Positions 39,326-52,900 of a stretch of DNA of 58,024 bases are shown here, in pieces; position 1 is the first letter of the stretch; every line of letters begins with the position of its first letter. Origin of the DNA: Mesotaenium endlicherianum. Lineage: Eukaryota. The position numbers and the translations under genes are program-made. The notes beneath the pieces were generated by a model. The model searched no databases, had not been told where the DNA came from, and was given only the letters and a program-made list of their open reading frames with translations. The DNA lies in contig WELA01003208.1 of the NCBI GenBank assembly GCA_009602735.1, positions 327,230 through 385,253 on the forward strand, written 5' to 3'.

Positions 39326-40941
39326 CTGCACGTAAAGGACATAAGATAGATGGTGTTAGTGACTACAACATAGGCAACAGCTGCAAGGAAGGCAAGCAAA
39401 TATAATATAGTAAGCGAATGCAGGAGCAACACCACAAGAGGCAGAAGCGGCAAGGCCATTGGAAGTAAAGTTTGAAAGCAGCAGCACAAAGATATCAGAA
39501 TTAAAGAGGTGAGCAACGTGCAACAGCAACAGGGTCACAAACAATACAGCATAAGAGGCAAAAGTAACAAAGACAATAGAAGAAAACGAGACAGCAGCAG
39601 TAGCGCAGACAACAGCGGCAAAAGAGGCACGAAATGAGAGTTCAGGAAGAAAACGGGACAGTGGCAGAATGACAGACAGCAACGACAGAAGAAGCAATAA
39701 ACGAGAGCAAAGTATTTGTAGGACTACAGCAGAGTCAGCAGCAGCGGCGAGGGAAATGCAAGCAAATGCGGAAACAGCAACACAAACAACTGCACAAGGC
39801 GTCATAACCCATCGGATATTGGTGATAATAGAAACTTAATCACAAGACATTCACAACCCTGTTAGGATCTGGCATTAGGCATTACGTAAATAGCATAAGT
39901 AAACGAAAAGATAGACAATACGTAAATAGCATAAGTAAACGAAAAGATCAGAACAGGTAAACCACATGGGCTGCAGCAGCAACATGGACAGCAGCAGCAG
40001 AATAGGCTGAAGCAGCAAGGCAGTGGAAAAACGTAGCAGCAGTAGCAACAGCAACAAAGTATGTGAAATATGCAAATTACGCTAAAAGAAGGGGCCTGAG
40101 AGCACACATAGCAACGACCATAGGACTCAAATAGTAAGTCGCAAGAAATAATATCAAAAAAAATCGTGTAGTATCTACCACTTCAACCAAGTGTCGCCCG
40201 CCATCACACCTTTCATATGTTCATGCCTCTAATCAATCTCTCTTGATGGCTCTCTCTATCTCCTGCGTCTATAAGTGCGTCTATAAGTGAGATTGGGCGG
40301 GGACGGTGGTGGATGAGGGAGGGGGAAGGGGGGGGGAGGTGCATACGTCTTACCTATCTGTTGGTAGACAATTCTTAATCTTGTCGTTTACGATCCACAT
40401 GCCTTCCATAAATTATATCAATTTTTTGCTTATTCTCCCTGTTTTGGTGCGCACTTTTTGATTCAAATACTATCCAGATTTTTTAAGATGTTTGCGTCCT
40501 CATCACACTATGTTTTCAATAGGAAGAATACTTATGAAGTTTTTTTCCTTTTAAATGTTCTTACTTTGTTGTAAACGCTTTATCTTGTTGATAATTACAC
40601 TTTCATCCCCACAAGTCACCATCTAATTGTTGATTCAAACACAACAATATTCCCTGTCTTGTCAACCAAGACCACGTGCAAGAACTTACCGTTGATGATA
40701 ATATCCTCCATCACGTACATAGTTTGTTATCCTTTTGTTCACTGCAAAAAATCACTCAGAACAACTGTTTGTCCTAGCAAAAAAAAAAAAAACAAAAATT
40801 ACAAAATAAAATCTTAACAAAAAATATTGATAGTTTACTCTTTAACCTTTTGTAAAAATGTGTATTAGCATAATGTGTAATTATTTGGCCATATGATGAA
40901 ATTAATAGTCTGAATTGCAATGTAGTTTGGACTTATGATGT

Positions 40942-41235
40942 TTTTTCATTTGAGTGAGCGCTACTTCAGTTTTCGTAAGAGACACAAAGAGTTTTTTCAA
41001 ATGAGTGAGCGCTACTTCAATTGTCGTAAGAGACAAAAAGAGGTTTCTGCTGCTAATCTTTGTCTAGGAAAAATGCATAAAAAGCTAAAAATATCCAAAT
41101 GTTACTTAAATTAGCTCTGCTGCATAAAAGTAGCAATATTATTTAATCGTTGTGTTAACTTTTAAATGATATGCTTAATTATAGTAATCTTCTTATTTAA
41201 TCGTTGTGTCAACTTTTATATGATATGCTTAATTA
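40942..41235. repeat. Two short tandem duplications (~51 bp x2 and ~54 bp x2) in AT-rich DNA
   Basis: tgagtgagcgctacttca..cgtaagagaca occurs twice, and ttatttaatcgttgtgt.aactttta.atgatatgcttaattat occurs twice. A 36-bp duplication also lies at ~39883-39948. Confidence 0.75.
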
Positions 41236-42404
41236 TTTGATATTTATGAATGGTTTTTAGTTTGACATAATCTACTGTCGGAATCTTTGTGTTGACTTTT
41301 AGCTGATATTTTTGTTAACTTTATATGCGTGTCAAACATAACTATTGACGTATAATTGAACAATTTATATTTAGGTCAAAATTGAAAGGTACAGACACGA
41401 CACACTTGGTGCAATGAAAGTCCAAAGATTTTGCTTTCTGAATTTGGATTTTAACTAACTTCAAGCTCATACTTGACAATAATTTGTATAAATAATGTAG
41501 TAATATATTGTATAACAGTCATAAGTGGCAACGGCACAAGAAAAACACTTTGTGAAAATTGACGCATAGCTCGATCAGACGCAATGTTATTTGAATTTGT
41601 ACGTGTCACTCATTCTGCGCGATGCAATTGTCTTTTGTTGTAGACATGACCAGTTCACATATACATCATGTCGTGAACATTAACATTAAGGAAAAAGTGC
41701 ATTTTACAAAATTTGCTCTTTTTATTTAGGTAATTTTATAACTATTGTAATAGAATTTTGTATACATACTTTAAAAAAATTATTTCATAATTTTTCATTT
41801 TCAAGTATATTCAAGATAGAATTTTTGCTAAGAAACATTCATTAATAATCAAGTAGCAACTTTGTTTCAAAACACGTTCTATCGTTAAACAAGCAAACAA
41901 ACTGTTGAAAAGAGCACCAAAAATAAACAAAACATACGATTGTAAGGAATTTGCTATAAATACATTTGTGATAGCTTCACATACTAATTTTGAATTTTTA
42001 GCATGTAATTTGTTTGAAATATTGTAATTTGTATGACCACTTTGATCAAATCAAACGTACAAAGTAAAATTGACAATCACCTCGTACAAACTCCTAATAC
42101 ATATGAGAAAATTCATTACTTGAGCCATTGGAAGAGGGAGAGAGTGAGAAGGAAATTGAAGAGGAGTGAAAAAACTTTCCATTAAAAAATCACTTTTCCA
42201 ACATATTGTTAGTCAATACAAAGTAAATGAATATATAAATAGATAATGGAAGGTACAAAGATGTTTTTTCAGTTTAAAAAAGAATTTTGGAAGTCGAAAG
42301 AAAGAACACGTGAACGTAGTGTTAGTGAGTTGAACAATGTCCTTTATACTCCATTCTTTGACAATGTATCTTTGAAATTTATGTCCACTAATTTGCCATC
42401 ATGC

Positions 42405-42718
42405 ATCGCCAAAGTACGTGGCAGATTTCAAGCCTTTTCCAGAATTATCTAGGCTTACCATCAAGTGTTCTGATTTTCATTATCCTTTGCCTTAGCCAGA
42501 TGGACCACAACCACCCGAGTCCATAGACTATCGTTTTGACTTTGTGTGAAACCTGACTTGAAGCGTTGAGCCGTCGCTTTTTCTATTGGGGGAGTGATGT
42601 AGCAATATAGGTTAAACTATATTCAATATTGTTGGTTTTTTTTATTTAATACTTTTGAGTGTTTGCAGAGTAATTTTGTGTGGACTCAAGTGTGAATAGA
42701 TATTCTAGTGACTTGGTT
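42405..42718 (+). mobile_element. Truncated inverted copy of the neighbouring Ty3/gypsy 3' end (3' UTR, PPT, start of LTR)
   Basis: Reverse complement of ~43396-43704. The PPT ggggagtga is followed by the LTR start TGTAGC at 42598. Confidence 0.85.
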
Positions 42719-43012
42719 CATAGGACATAGTCTTCCTATTCTTTAAGGCTTGGGCCGTCATAACGACAGCGTTTATCTACCTGTTCTTGCCCGACACATT
42801 GAACCAACCCCTAGAGAACATGGGTTGCTCCGGCGGATGCATTGGTATTGATTGTTCCTCCTTCGGGGCAGCCCGTTGTGAGCCCTTAGACTGTTACCAT
42901 GTCGTTTGTATAGGAACTCCCAGATGGTGGTGAATGCAAGCAAAAGCCAGTTACGTCAGTTTGTACCCGTGGTTTGTTGGCGCGTGTTGGCAACGTTGGT
43001 TCTGCAGCAATG

Positions 43013-43510
43013 TGTAAGTGTTGCAAAACAAAAAGATAAAGTACTATAGGAAAATATAATATTTTATCTATTCAAGACAAGGATCTTTGAACACAGGTGG
43101 TAGCTTCTTGTAAGAGAGATGGTTCCTGAAAAGTTAATACATTTTTGGAACTTGACAAGTACAAGAGTGATTCTAAAATGCCTCTCTATGTTTTAGCTCT
43201 TGTTTATATACTTCCTACATAAGTAATTTCTAGGAAGGCGCATGTTGATGTGTTGGCACCCAACACATCCCAAAACTTGCCACCTCTTTCTACAATAATG
43301 TACACATGTTCTTGCCATATTTGACTTTTGCCACATGGACTTCTTCTTGGTCATTCCTCTAACTTCAAAAATTCCTTAGAAGGTTCGAGGACATACACCA
43401 AGTCACTAGAATATCTATTCACACCTGAATTCAAACAAAATTACTTTACGTATACTCAAAAGTATTAAAATGTTAAAACCAACAAATATGGTTTAACCTA
43501 TATCGCTACA
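43013..43510 (-). repeat. 3' LTR of the minus-strand chromovirus
   Basis: Direct repeat of 50603-51091, adjacent to the PPT. Confidence 0.88.
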
Positions 43511-46227
43511 TCACTCCCCCAACAAAAGTAGCAACGTCCCGACGCTTCAAGTCAGGTTTCACACAAAGTCAAAACGCTAGTCTATGGACTTGGGTGGTTG
43601 TGGTCCACCCTGGCTAAGGCAAAGGATAATGAAAATCAGAACATTTGATGGTATTCCTAGATAATTTTGGAAAAGGCCTGAAATCTACCACGTACTTTGG
43701 CGATCCATAACGCAATAATACTGCATGGAATCCGCAAAATTTGAGTTGGTGGTGCACGTCAAGGATTTCTGAATGCTCACCAAATTTCATAGAAGTTTGA
43801 GTTTTGTAGCTCCTGTTATGCTCAAAGAAGTGACGACTTCTTAAAAGTTGCACAGATCTTAAGCAGATAAATATCTCCCTCTATACTTCATCAAATTCTG
43901 CAAAGTAAGTCTCTATGGGAGCTTCATATTGCACACCAGGCTGCTGTAAAGTTTCAGATTCAGACTCTAAGTGAGGAGGGCACAATGCCTAATGCAAGAT
44001 TCTGCTAAGATTGTGTCAGCAGCCTGACCCACCTCTACGCAGAGCATCATATCTCTCTCACCAGTGCTCCAAATTGAGCATACTTGGACTCTAAAGAACG
44101 CCCTACTCAAGGAAAACAGCCAGGTGAATTTTCAAGTTCTTATGTACAAAAACCTATCAGCAGTAGCCGTCTGAATCTTCTGTCCAAAATCTGCGACAAG
44201 AGAAGAGCGTCTAATGTAAATTATTCCTCTTTCTGGTTCTTGCAGGCTGCCTCAAAGGAGTATTTTTTTGCTTCTGGATGATGGCAGGCTGCCTCCTTGA
44301 AGTCTTTGGGCTTCTAAGATAGAGGCCTGGGGCTGGTCCAAGTTGCGGGTTGGCGGCATGGAAGCGTTTCAGCTTTCTCTGAACTTTGTCAAGGTAGTGC
44401 GCTGCCACCCAAGTAATCTCTGAGTCTGGATATCCTTTCCACTTGATGAGGTATTGTTGTTGCCTTCTGAAATTTCTCATAGCTAACATGTCTTCCACTT
44501 CTTACTCCATATGATCATCTACTATTGTTGGGGCTCGTGGGGTTGTCACACGTCCTGGGAACTCGTTGTCGGGTTACACATATGGCTTGAGGAGTGAAGC
44601 ATGGAATACCAGATTAATGTGCATAGTCTGGAGGAGCTCTAACTTGAAAGCAACAGGGTTGACTTGCTGGATAATCGGGAAGGGTCCCAAATACTCGAGA
44701 GAGAACTTGCTGCCGGCAGGCCTGTTGTTCAGGGAGATGTTCTTGGATGATAGTGACACCATGTCTCCCACTTTGTATGTAATTTCTCTTCTAGACCTGT
44801 TTGCCACTCTTGCTTGAGCATCTTGCGCGTGTTGTAGAGCTTTCTTGGCTCCTGCAAGGGCTTCTTCTAATGTCTCCAAAAAATCTGCTACAGCAGGTAC
44901 TTCATCATGGCTAGCCGTGAAGCTCAGTGGCGTGGTGGGATGGAAGCCGTAGTTGAGGAAGAATGGGGACTCTTGGGTAGAAGCCTGCGCCGTGTTGTTG
45001 TAGGCAAACTCCAAGGGGGTCAAGTACATGTCCCAATCTTGCTCCAGAGTAGACACGTAGGCTCTAAGGGAGGTCTTGAGGGTACGATTCATACGCTTTG
45101 TTTGTCCATCTGATTGCGGGTGTTAGGCAGTGGACATATCCAGCGATGTACTCATGTTCTTGAAGAGAAATTTCCAGAAATGGCTTGTGAATCTTGGGTC
45201 GCGATCAGACTCTATTCTTGATGGCAGGCCATGTAATCAAAAGATGTTTTCAAAGATGAGTTTTGCTAGTTATGGTGCTGTAACCTTGGTTGTTGTTGGG
45301 ATGAAATAAGCCATCTTGGTAAGTGTGTCCACCACTGTTAATATCGCATTATGGCCTCGTGGTGTCACTGGTAAGTCCACAATGAGGTCCATGGAGATGT
45401 CTGTCCATTGTCTTTTGGGGACTGGTAGTGGTTGAAGAAGTCCTCCTGCCTTTTGTGACGATGGCTTGACTCTTTGGCATGTGTCACAGCTCCTGCACTA
45501 CTCCTTGACTTGTTTGGACATGCCTGGCCAGCAATAAGGCCTTGCATGCGCGCCTGTGGTCATCAATATTCCGAAGTGTCCTCCAAGCGGGTTGTCGTGT
45601 GCTTCGTAGGAGCAACAGTCGTAGCTCCTGATTGTTAGGAACGCATTTTTGTCCCGTGTCTTGTCTAACCTAATAGTTGCCTTCTTGCTTCTTGTATGGG
45701 TCAAGGGCTGCCTCGCCATTCTTGTGATAAGGGTCCGCGTCATAAGCGGCAGAAAATTGAGCTTCCAAATTTGTATTGAGGGATGTCATCACTGCATTTA
45801 ATTGTAGTCTTGAGAGGGGGTCAGCCGGATTTGTCTTGCCGGTCTGGTACTGAATCGTGATGTTGTATTGTTGCAAGTACCCACTCCATCTTGCTTGTCC
45901 TCTAGAGAGATGGGGTTGTGTCTGGATGTGCTTCAGCGCCTCGTGGTCCGTAGTGACCAGCACCTTGCGACCTTCGACATAGCAGCGCCAAACTTTCAAG
46001 GCATGTATAATCGCCAACGCCTCTCTCTCAGTGGTTGTATAATTTTGCTTGGCTGGATTTAGCTTCCTTGAATTGCAGGCGATGGGCTGCAGTCCCTTGC
46101 CTTGGTCTTATGGCACGATTGCTCCTATTGCATAGAAAGATGCATCGGTGATGACGTGGAAGGGCCAATCTGGATTTGGACTTGGGAGTGTGAGCACCGG
46201 GGATGTCGTTAATCTTTTCTTCGATTG

Positions 46228-47289
46228 TTAGAATGCTTCCTCCTCTTTCTTGGTCCAAGTATATGGCCTGTCCTTCTTGAGTAGATCAGTGAGGGGGGCT
46301 GCTATGTGCGAGAAGCTCTGGATGAATATCCTGTACCAATTGGCAAATCCCAAGAATGACTGGAGTTCTTTCTTGGTCGTGGGGGTTGGCCATTCCTCCA
46401 CCACCGTGGTCTTCTTGGGGTCCATCTTGATGCCATCAGCAGTCACGTGGAGACCTAGGAACTCCACTTCTTGTTTGGCAAACTCGCACTTTGACTCCAC
46501 TGCAAATAGCTTGTTTTGCTTCAATACTTCGAGGACTTCTTTCAAGTGTCTCGCATGCTCGTCAAGGGTCTTGCTGTAGATAAGGATGTCGTCAATAAAT
46601 ATCACCACAAATTTGTCCAACATGGGCTGAAATATGATGGTCATCATAGTCATGAAAGTTGCCGGCGCGTTGGTGAGTCCAAATGGCAGGACCATGAACT
46701 CAAAATGTCCATATCTCGTCCTGAATGCTGTCTTTTCTATGTCAGGTCCAGCAATGCGGATCTGGTGGTAGCCGCTTCTCAAGTCCACCTTTGAGAAGTA
46801 CTTGGCTCCAACCAGCCGGTCCATGAGCTCATCCATGCGCGGCAACGGGTACCAATCCTTGATGGTGATTTTGTTGAGGGCGCGATAGTCCACACACATT
46901 CTCAAGGTACCGTCCTTCTTCTTGATAAATAGCATCGGGGCTCCAAATGGCGACTTGCTAGGTCGAATGAAGCCATACTCCAGTAGCTCCTTGATTTGCT
47001 TCTTGACTTCGTCTAGCTCCGTGTATGACATCTTGAACGTAGACCGAGAGATGGGCTTGCTTCCGGGCTCCAACTCTATCTTGTGGTCTACGAATCTTTT
47101 GGGGGGTAGGCCCTTGGGCAATTCCGGGGAGAATACTTCTTTGTAGTCTTTCAAGACCTGTTGTATCTCCTTGGGGATGGGGCTGCCTTCTTGACTCTGG
47201 ATGTCTTTCTTGATGCCCTTTGGCGTGATCAAGACCAAAAGGAGCTCATGTCCCTTCCTCACAAGTCTCTTGAGTTGGAGGGCGGACAA
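46228..47289 (-). pseudogene. Reverse transcriptase portion of disrupted pol
   Basis: Ty3/gypsy RT motifs [33 protein letters not shown] and FIDDILIYS, flanked by stops. Confidence 0.93.
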
Positions 47290-48478
47290 GAGTATCTCGT
47301 GTGCCGGCTTCTTGATGTCTTAGATCTGGATATTCTGGATTGCGCGCAAAATACAGATTCTTGAAATGATGTCGTTCTTGATCTTGATGGTACCGTCTCT
47401 CCAATCAACTTGGGGGTTGTGCTTGGTCAACTAAGGCGTCCCTAGGATGACGTCGTACTTGCCCGATTGCATGGGGGACAACACTACTCTATCCTTGAAG
47501 GACTTGATAGAGAGTGCCAATGGGTACGTCTTCTTAAAAGGGGTAGTATAGGAGAATGCGTCGGGCATCATAATCTCCTCGTCGTGGTCAAGAGTGCGCA
47601 TAGTAATACCATGCTTAGGGGAAAAATCTGCAGCGATGAAGTTGCCTTGAGCTCCGCTATCCACCAAGATGTGGACCTTCTCTCCTCCAAGGTAACCTCT
47701 CAAACTCATTGGGGCTGGAACGTCCTCTTCAACGGGGGTCTCCACTTCACTTGGCTTGTTGTCTTCTCGTGAAGTGGGTCTTGGGGTGGTAGGCTCCTGG
47801 CCTACCGACGCTCTCCGTTTTTTGACATTTTCTTGGGGTATGAGAGTGCACGATGACCTTTCTCCTTGCAATAGAAGCATACTCCAGCCTTCATGAGAGT
47901 TTCTTTTTCAGCCGGGGAGAGTCTCGCCTTGACTCCTTGCTGGATATTTGCATCATATGTGTCATTGGAGGGTCTTCCACTCTTCCAGGCAGCCGCAGGG
48001 TCTCTCTTAATGACTCCTATTTCCATGGGTGTGGGTCCAGATTCGGATGTGGAGGGGGTTGCGTACACCCGCGTCGTCGGTGCCCGTGAAGATGAAGGCA
48101 ATGAATGCTTGAAATCCAAGGTATCCACCTATTCGGCCACTTCAATGATCTTTGAGAAGTCCGTCAAGTCGCGTAATTCCACTTCCTTTGCCACCTTCGG
48201 CTTAAGACCAAAGATGTAGCGATCAATCTTCTCCTCGAGAGACATGTTGGGGATCTCAAGAGTAAGGTCATGAAATCTGGATGTATGCTCTTGCACGGAT
48301 GTTGTTTGCTTGAGATGGTGGAGCTTTCCTCGGGCAATCTTTTCCCCGTTGATGGGCATGATTTGCTTCCTGAGGGCTTCACAAAAATTTGCCCATCTTG
48401 CATATGACGCTGGGGGCTCTTGGTTGGGCACGGGGTTTGCCTAGCTTGATATACCGCCGCTTTATAGTTACGCCACCA

Positions 48479-50033
48479 TGTCGTGCCTAACAATGTCGGA
48501 CCCTCGGCACGTGCACAGCCTTTCGGCACGTGTGCCTTTGACCTGGTTGATGTGTCGCTGGCCCTCCTCACGTGTGGGATAGGCCTGGTTGATCGACCTT
48601 CGCACGTGTATCGGTGGCAAGCTTACCGAGGTTGACCCATCCCTAGGCTTCCTGAACTTGCACCATGCGACAAACACCCAACACTTAGGGCTATGTCTCA
48701 CTCATACAATCCTTCTATTTTGCCATCTTAGGACTTAGTAGAAATTTTCAAAAAAATTCTCTTTGCCTTAATTCCTCTTACAAGGACGGAAGCGTCTTAC
48801 TTCCACATAGGCTTTCACCTTAAGATGAGGGTTCACAGATGAACAATTTGTAGTTTGCAAAAATCACACATCTAGCAGCTTGACAGGCAACGCCAGATTT
48901 AGAGAAAATTGCCCTTCAGGCTTTTGCTTAACTTCACAAAGTCACAACTTACAAAACTCTGAAACTGCACATCTATGCTGGCCTGGGCTGAGCTCTTTGC
49001 TCAACACCGCGCCTCAATAGTTCTTCACTGCTAGGCTGGACTCACTCAGTTCTTTACTGAGAGCTTTACTTGCTAATACTACTCTTTCTCAACGAAATGT
49101 GTATGCGACTTCTGAAAACTTAGAAACTAACACACACACTCACCATCTTAAAGCGGCTCTTGCGCACATGTGAAGTTTGGCCGAATCCGTGCTAATCTCC
49201 TAGCAAATTCTATTATGCAGTTCTCTATCTTCTACCAGTGAGATTCCCTCTTGGGAACTCCTGAAGCCTAACTTATCTATGATACAGTTGAGAAGAAATC
49301 TCCAGCGTCGGCAGAAGCGTGGGGTCTCGGCTCTCTGGTGGCCTTGGGAACTCCTTCTTCTTCTTCGCGCTCCTTCTTCTCCTTTCCTTCTATACCTGTT
49401 CTCCTCTGCTTCCTTGGCAAAAGTGAGCAAGAATGAGGCGGTTCAGGCAGGACTTGTGCCTTTCGCAGGCACCGCACAATCTCTTCTCAAGAATGCCAGC
49501 GCTTAGTTACAGCGCTTAACTGCATGCCGTCCTTGCCTAGCAACGCTCAAACTTTACTCGTAGTCACTCAGCATGCATGCACACCTCGTGACTGTCGCGC
49601 GTGGCTGCTTAGCTTTTCAGCTGGCAGTCACGCCTAAGTGGCCTATGGCTGGCAACGCTTGAGCGGCATGCCTAAGCATATGCTACTCACTTAAGAATCC
49701 TAGCCGAGGCGGCACATGATCCTCCTCCAACATTCCTGCCGTGACTTGGCGCAAACTGCCAGTCACTCAGTGCCTGACTTGGCACTTGCTGGGCGGCTCC
49801 TCGCTGATCCCAACTTACAGCCTCGCGGCTGACTAATCTGTCAAAACCCTCCCCATCTCTGGGTGTGGGGCAGACGTGCATTGACCATTTGCCAGTGGTC
49901 CTGACGTTGACCTAACCGCTGACTGTAATACAATCAGTCATTTGGTCGGTGAGTCAATGCTGACTTTCCGTACCTGAGCAGCCGTGACTTGCGCTGCGCG
50001 TGCGGCACCGTCAAACGGATAGCAATTGCGACA
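48479..50033. mobile_element. Solo LTR (1555 bp) inserted into gag of the chromovirus
   Basis: Termini TGTCG..CGACA, flanked by ACCA/AACA (4-bp TSD with one mismatch). Removing it restores gag LLRGAATSWWRNYK. Confidence 0.8.
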
Positions 50034-50602
50034 AACATGACGTTGCTGCTCCTCTAAGCAAGGTAACGGCAAAGGGAACGTAGTCCTCCTCGGGTACTTC
50101 AAGGAATGCGAGGTACGTCTCCACTTGGTAGAGCCACAAATATAGCTTGGCTCCTCTCCCGGGATTGAAAGTGTCCAATTTGCCGAGCTTGATGAGTTTT
50201 CTTGCTCTTGTAGGCTCTTGTGGAGGCACGGGAGCCGGGGCTGGATTTGGAGCATTGCTTGCAATAGGGGCGGCCATGGCAGTCATAGCTTCTCTTGACG
50301 ATTGTGCGGTTGCTTCATAGGTGGCCATGCCCACTTGGTTGTGGACTATTATTAGGCAGGCTGCCCACTCATTTGCGGGAACTCTTTGCAGTGGGGTCAA
50401 CTTTGCTATAGCGGCTGCCACGGAATTTGATAGTAGTCCTCCTTGTGGTGCTCCTCCTTGTTGCAAATTTTCTTGAGTGGGCTCTCCCGTCGGCGCTGGA
50501 GGAGGGTCTCTTGGAGATGCGGTGCCTCCTTCAAAAGCTTGTTGTTGGTCTTGAGGATTGGCCATCTTCTTGTGCTACCAAAGTGCCTGACTTTGATAAC
50601 AA

Positions 50603-51091
50603 TGTAGTGAAATAGATAGATGAAGTACTTTAGAATACTTTATCTATTCAAGACAAGGATCTTTGAACACAAGTGGTAGCTTCTTGTAAGAGAGATGGTT
50701 TCTGGAAAGTTATTACATTTCTGGAACTTGGCAAGTACAAGAGTGATTCTGCAATGTCTTTCTATGTTCTAGCTCTTGTTTATATACTTGCTACATAAGT
50801 AATTTCTAGGAAGGCGCATGTTGATGTGTTGGCACCCAACACATCCCAAAACTTGCCACCTCTTTCTAGAATAATGTATACATGTCCTTTTGACCTAGAA
50901 TGCCATATTTGACTTTTGCCACATAAACTTCTTCTAGGCCATTCCTCTAACTTCGAAAATGCCTTAGAAGGTTCAAAGGACATAAACCAAGTCACTAGAA
51001 TATCTACTAACACTTGAATCCACAAAAAATTACTCTACAAAAGTATTGAAATATTCAAACCAAAAAATATAGTTTAACCTATATCGGTACA
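50603..51091 (-). repeat. 5' LTR of the minus-strand chromovirus
   Basis: Direct repeat of 43013-43510, followed on the minus strand by PBS-like TGTTATCAAAGT and the gag ATG. Confidence 0.9.
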
Positions 51092-52900
51092 GTAAAAAAG
51101 TTTTGCGCACATTTCTTGAGCCCAAATCTTCAACCGTGACTTCACCAAAAAAAGAGGATTACTTGAAAAGAACCAGGTTCGGACCATATTAATTTTGTAA
51201 GGACCTTATTTATGTACATTATACATGAGAGTTGTACTTGAGGTGCAATTGGTTCTTGTAGTAATAATGGGATGAAAATTTTAGGTCGAAAGAACGGAAT
51301 AGAAGGTGTGTGGTTGGATAGTTGGTAACTTCTAGTTGTTAGATTTCCTTTCGGAGCTCTTTCTCTCACTTTCATATGTTGCTTCTAGCAGCAAAAATCA
51401 TGAATATAGTATATTAGGTTTCACGTTTAATCAATTCTGAAGGAAAAAATAGTCTGAATTTCTTGTGTTTTCTTTATTGATCAATGAGGTAATTGTCCTC
51501 TTAGCATCTATTGTTTCAGATAATTTGTCATTAACATTTGCCGTAAATCTTCAATATTATTTCTCAATATAATGAAAGCAGTGTTCCAAATTCTTCTGAA
51601 ATTCCCCCATCCCCCTCTCCTCCCCGTCCCCTCCCCCCCTTGCCCTCGGGCCCCCCCCTCCTTTCCATCTTAGTAGCAGGATGGGTCGTGTTTCTTTTGA
51701 GGTACTAATGCAAATTAGTATTAGTAGCATCAATGCTGTGTGTCGCATGCGCAAGAGAATACCATCATGCATCACCGTTGTCATCGTCACTGTCACCATC
51801 ATTATTAGCAGAGCTAAGCCTCGCATATGCTGCACCTTGTTCACACTTTGTGTTGCTTACTTTGTGTCCAGCAATCGTAGATGACGTCAATCTGGGGTTA
51901 GCGTTATGCGAGCGTACTCTTTCCATTTCCTTATTTGGGCGCGTGAATTGAACGTAGAGAATCAAGTCTCCTTTTCTAATATTTTTTTTAAGTTTTGCTT
52001 GAGGTCATAATGGCATTTCTCTTGGTAAGCGTGTGGAATCTTTACGTGCGCCTAACAGAATAGTTGCTGCTCTCCTTTTCTCTTTTGCTTTTGCAACTAC
52101 GTTTCTTGATCAAGTAGCGCAGTTGTCGTTTATAGGTTGTTGTCTGTTAAAGTACAACATAAAAGTACACCAAAGTTTCGCACCTATGTTATTTGATCAA
52201 ATATAGTGCAGTCGGCGTCTAGTCTACAGGTTGTTGTCTGGCACAGTAATGTATCTGGTGACCTGTTACAAAAGACCATTCATATTTTATTCCTTGTGGT
52301 TGGGGCGTTTTAATCAAGTAGCACAGTTGGTGTATAGTCTATAGGTTTGTGTCTGCCAAAGGGCAACAAAATTATAATTTGTTACCGATGACCATGCTCG
52401 AGCTTCAGTCCTTGTGGCTAGGTATATGATTCCTAAATGAAAACAAACACTTGCAAACTTGAATGATTGTGTGCACTATATCCAAGGATGTCGATGCAAG
52501 GTTTTCACTTCACATACGTTTAGACTTTAGTTGTTCTTGACTCAACAAACAATCTCCACATTGCTTTAAAATGGACAGGTTAAAATTTCAACCCAATGTG
52601 AGAAGAAAAAGTTATCGCTGCTCTAACTTTATCTTCAAGGCATTACATTACTTGATCGTCCATACAAACATTGTGGACCTTTAGGGTATACACATATGAA
52701 TTCACGACTAGGTTAAGATGCTCAAAGAAGAACCTCCCACGATTTGAAATATAATGAATTATTGAATTTACACCGAAATTATTTCAAGAAGGATAATCCA
52801 CTGAGATACCATAGAACTTACCACTTTTCCTCTTTGAAGAAGTAGCATAAGCAAATATAGGAGTTTTAAATGTGAATTGACTTCTCTATATAAGCTCGTA

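Larger units (their letters stand above)
43013..51091 (-). mobile_element. Degenerate Ty3/gypsy LTR retrotransposon (chromovirus)
   Basis: LTRs at 43013-43510 and 50603-51091 (TG..CA). Degenerate iMet PBS at ~50590-50601; PPT at 43511-43520. Gag at 50565-50038 and 48478-47802 with a CFYCKEKGH knuckle. Protease ILVDSGA. RT at 47289-46228 ([21 protein letters not shown]). RNase H (TDHEAL, ADPLSRL). Integrase with GPF motif. Chromodomain YLIKWKGYPDSEITW. Many stops and frameshifts. Confidence 0.95.

Noticed and set aside
52108..52430. Three ~45-bp repeats with apparent spacers (CRISPR-like)
   Set aside because: The repeats are degenerate, the spacers resemble each other, the context is eukaryotic and there are no cas genes. 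It is an old tandem repeat.
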